From an uncultured Haloferacaceae archaeon (GTDB taxonomy: Archaea > Halobacteriota > Halobacteria > Halobacteriales > Haloferacaceae), in assembly GCA_964512675.1 (NCBI GenBank), contig CAZEJR010000009.1:5955-69954 (forward strand): a stretch of 64,000 nt of DNA. The letters run 5' to 3'. A model generated the notes under the pieces. That model was given only the letters and a program-made list of their open reading frames with translations, made no database searches and had not been told where the DNA came from. Positions 62,396 through 64,000 of this stretch are shown here, one piece after another (the first letter of the stretch is position 1; the number at the start of each line of letters is the position of its first letter). Made by a program: the position numbers and the translations under genes.

Positions 62396-63571
62396 CTACC
62401 GCCTCCGACGGTAGACGACACCGACGAGCGCCACGAGGGTGCCGGCGCCGGCGAGCAGGGCGAGCTCGGACAGCGGAGCGTCACCCCCGCCGGTCGGTGT
62501 CGTCGGGCGCGACGCGGGGGGCACCGCGACGTCGGTGGTGAACGACCGTTCGACGCCGCCGGTGACGTACCGCACCTCGACGGGGACGGAGGCGGGATCA
62601 CCCGTCACGGCCGTCTGGAGCGAGAACGTCGAGAACCCGTCCCCGTCGATGCTCCCGACGAAGTACGTCTGTGACTGGACGGCGTCCGTCTCGGACACTG
62701 CGACGACGACGCCACCGACCTCCGTGCCGCCGGCGTTGCTCGCCGTCGCGGAGAGCTCGAACGTCCCGCCGCGCCGGGTCGTCTCGACGCCCGAGAGGAT
62801 CACCCGTCCGGGGTTCGTCGGGGCGGCGAACCGCGTCTCGGACGTCGTCGTCACCGTCCGGCGCTCGCCGTCGTCGGCGTAGGTGAGCGAGAGGTCGACC
62901 GGGTAGGTCCCGGTCTCGCTCACCCGAGCCGGGAAGCTGAACGTCCGGGTCTCGCCGGAGGCGATCTCGCCGGTGACACGCGTCGTCTCGTCGAACGTGA
63001 CCGCGCTCGCGGGCGAGTCGGCGCGCAGTACGACGCTGTCGACCCCGTGACCGACCCCGTTCGCCACGGTCACGTTCACGTCGCGCGACGCGCCGGGGAC
63101 GGCGTCCGGAACGGAGACGCTCAGGCTCGGCTGTCGCTGCGACCGGACGTCGACGACGACCGGCGACTGCGTGTTGACCAGGCCGCCACGGGACTCGCCG
63201 TACACCTCCAGTCGGATCGTGTACTGGCCGGGGTCGTCGACCGTCACGGGGAGCTCGAGCGTCGTCTGCGCGCCCGGCGACAGCCGTCCGACGTCGTCGG
63301 CGACGTAGCGACGGTCGCCGTCGACCACGACGACGACCTGGTTGATCGTCGCGGACGACGGACTGCGCTCGTAGTTCGCGACGGTGGCCTGGATCGAGAA
63401 CGGCTCGCCGGCGGTCGGCGTCTCGGGGGTGACCGTCGTGTTCGACACCGCGACCGTCGCTCGGTCGCCCGACTGCGCGGTCACGACCGGGACGGCGGCG
63501 AGCGAGGCGGCGGCCACGACGACGAAAAGAACCGCCGCTACGGGGCGGAGAGGCAGACGACTGGGGACCAT
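62396..63571 (-). CDS. secreted CARDB/COG1361-like beta-sandwich protein with C-terminal TM anchor
   Basis: Signal peptide MVPSRLPLRPVAAVLFVVVAAASLAAVPVVTAQS. Repeated Ig-like segments (...NTTVTPETPTAGEPFSIQATVAN..., ...DVNVTVANG..., ...FELSATASNAGG...). The C-terminus is LALLAGAGTLVALVGVVYRRRR. First gene of a four-gene operon. Confidence 0.75.
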   Translation of the reverse strand: MVPSRLPLRPVAAVLFVVVAAASLAAVPVVTAQSGDRATVAVSNTTVTPETPTAGEPFSIQATVANYERSPSSATINQVVVVVDGDRRYVADDVGRLSPGAQTTLELPVTVDDPGQYTIRLEVYGESRGGLVNTQSPVVVDVRSQRQPSLSVSVPDAVPGASRDVNVTVANGVGHGVDSVVLRADSPASAVTFDETTRVTGEIASGETRTFSFPARVSETGTYPVDLSLTYADDGERRTVTTTSETRFAAPTNPGRVILSGVETTRRGGTFELSATASNAGGTEVGGVVVAVSETDAVQSQTYFVGSIDGDGFSTFSLQTAVTGDPASVPVEVRYVTGGVERSFTTDVAVPPASRPTTPTGGGDAPLSELALLAGAGTLVALVGVVYRRRR

Positions 63572-63851
63572 AGTCGACACGTTGCGGTCGAGACGACTTC
63601 AATCACCCGTCACGGCTGCGGGGGGCGGCACACGGCAGGGTGTGGGGGTGACACCCGCGTGGCCGAGGGCGACAGCCGGGCAGGATCACACGGCTCCGGC
63701 GGCTGCGGTGCCCGCCGGGCGCTCCGCCCGGGCGGCGCGTACGCCGTCGTCGAGCGTCGTCGAACCGACACCGAAAAGTACCCGAGTCCCCTGGGAGTGC
63801 TGAGGTGTGTCGCGTTCGTAGCCGTCGACCGGCGAGTGACGCGCTCCAGCG

Positions 63852-64000
63852 ATGGTAGGCGCGCTCGTCGCGGCGCTCGTCGCGGCGCTCGTCGACCGCC
63901 TCTTCGACCTCGTGCTGGCCGTCGACACGGCAGTCGTCGACGTGGTGCTCGCGGTCAGACACCCGCTGCTGACGAAGGTGATGACGTCGGTGACGGGACT
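63852..64000 (+). CDS. membrane protein, possibly PAP2-family phosphatase (N-terminal fragment; continues beyond the window)
   Basis: Absent from the ORF track because no stop is reached. Manual translation from ATG 63852: MVGALVAALVAALVDRLFDLVLAVDTAVVDVVLAVRHPLLTKVMTSVTG. This resembles the N-termini of PAP2 proteins. It contains a 3 x 12-bp tandem repeat (63861-63896). Confidence 0.4.
   Translation, partial: MVGALVAALVAALVDRLFDLVLAVDTAVVDVVLAVRHPLLTKVMTSVTG

Noticed and set aside
63588-63612. CTTCAATC at about 63597-63604, the reverse complement of the GATTGAAG end of the haloarchaeal repeat. This could have been a second CRISPR remnant.
   Set aside because: Only 8 nt match. The rest does not align with the repeat (no GTCTGAAAC), and there is no second copy nearby.

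Overview
This is a very GC-rich, densely coding chromosomal segment that looks haloarchaeal (class Halobacteria). Supporting signs: acidic proteins, many GTG starts and 4-nt start/stop overlaps, a halobacterial-type 2Fe-2S ferredoxin, a PGF-CTERM surface glycoprotein, crtY-brp retinal genes, Hef, Hel308-Cgi121 and LDH-like malate dehydrogenase. I could support about 70 protein-coding genes. They are mostly housekeeping: hisI/hisA/hisB, thrC, serA, serB, metX-metY, upp, thiE, mdh, NAD-dependent ligA, uvrC, hef, hel308, a partial Ski2-like helicase, cstA, and PiT, ChrA, GDT1 and ABC transporters. I recognised no rRNA or tRNA genes and no transposases. Many long Arg/Pro/Gly-rich ORFs in the track are off-frame artefacts of the GC bias. 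The stand-out region is a small accessory islet at about 8.9-9.9 kb. It holds a vapBC toxin-antitoxin pair. Directly next to it is an orphan two-repeat mini-CRISPR whose degenerate repeats resemble the haloarchaeal type I-B repeat family. Its 33-nt spacer matches 13 of its first 14 nt, in exact register with a 5'-TTC PAM, to codons 6-10 of the adjacent yigZ/IMPACT-family gene. That architecture resembles the creA (CRISPR-repressed toxin-antitoxin) RNAs, but here there are no cas genes in the window and the apparent target is a conserved protein-coding gene. Other points worth a second look:
- two apparently frameshifted genes, a sensor-like membrane protein and a small ORF coupled to an ADP-ribosylglycohydrolase
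- a 630-bp gap upstream of metY with residual coding signal
- a shared sequence motif in three 5' regions
- a CARDB-like/MacB-type four-gene operon
- several convergent gene pairs with overlapping or abutting stop codons

All calls come from reading the sequence and recalling protein families. No searches were run.
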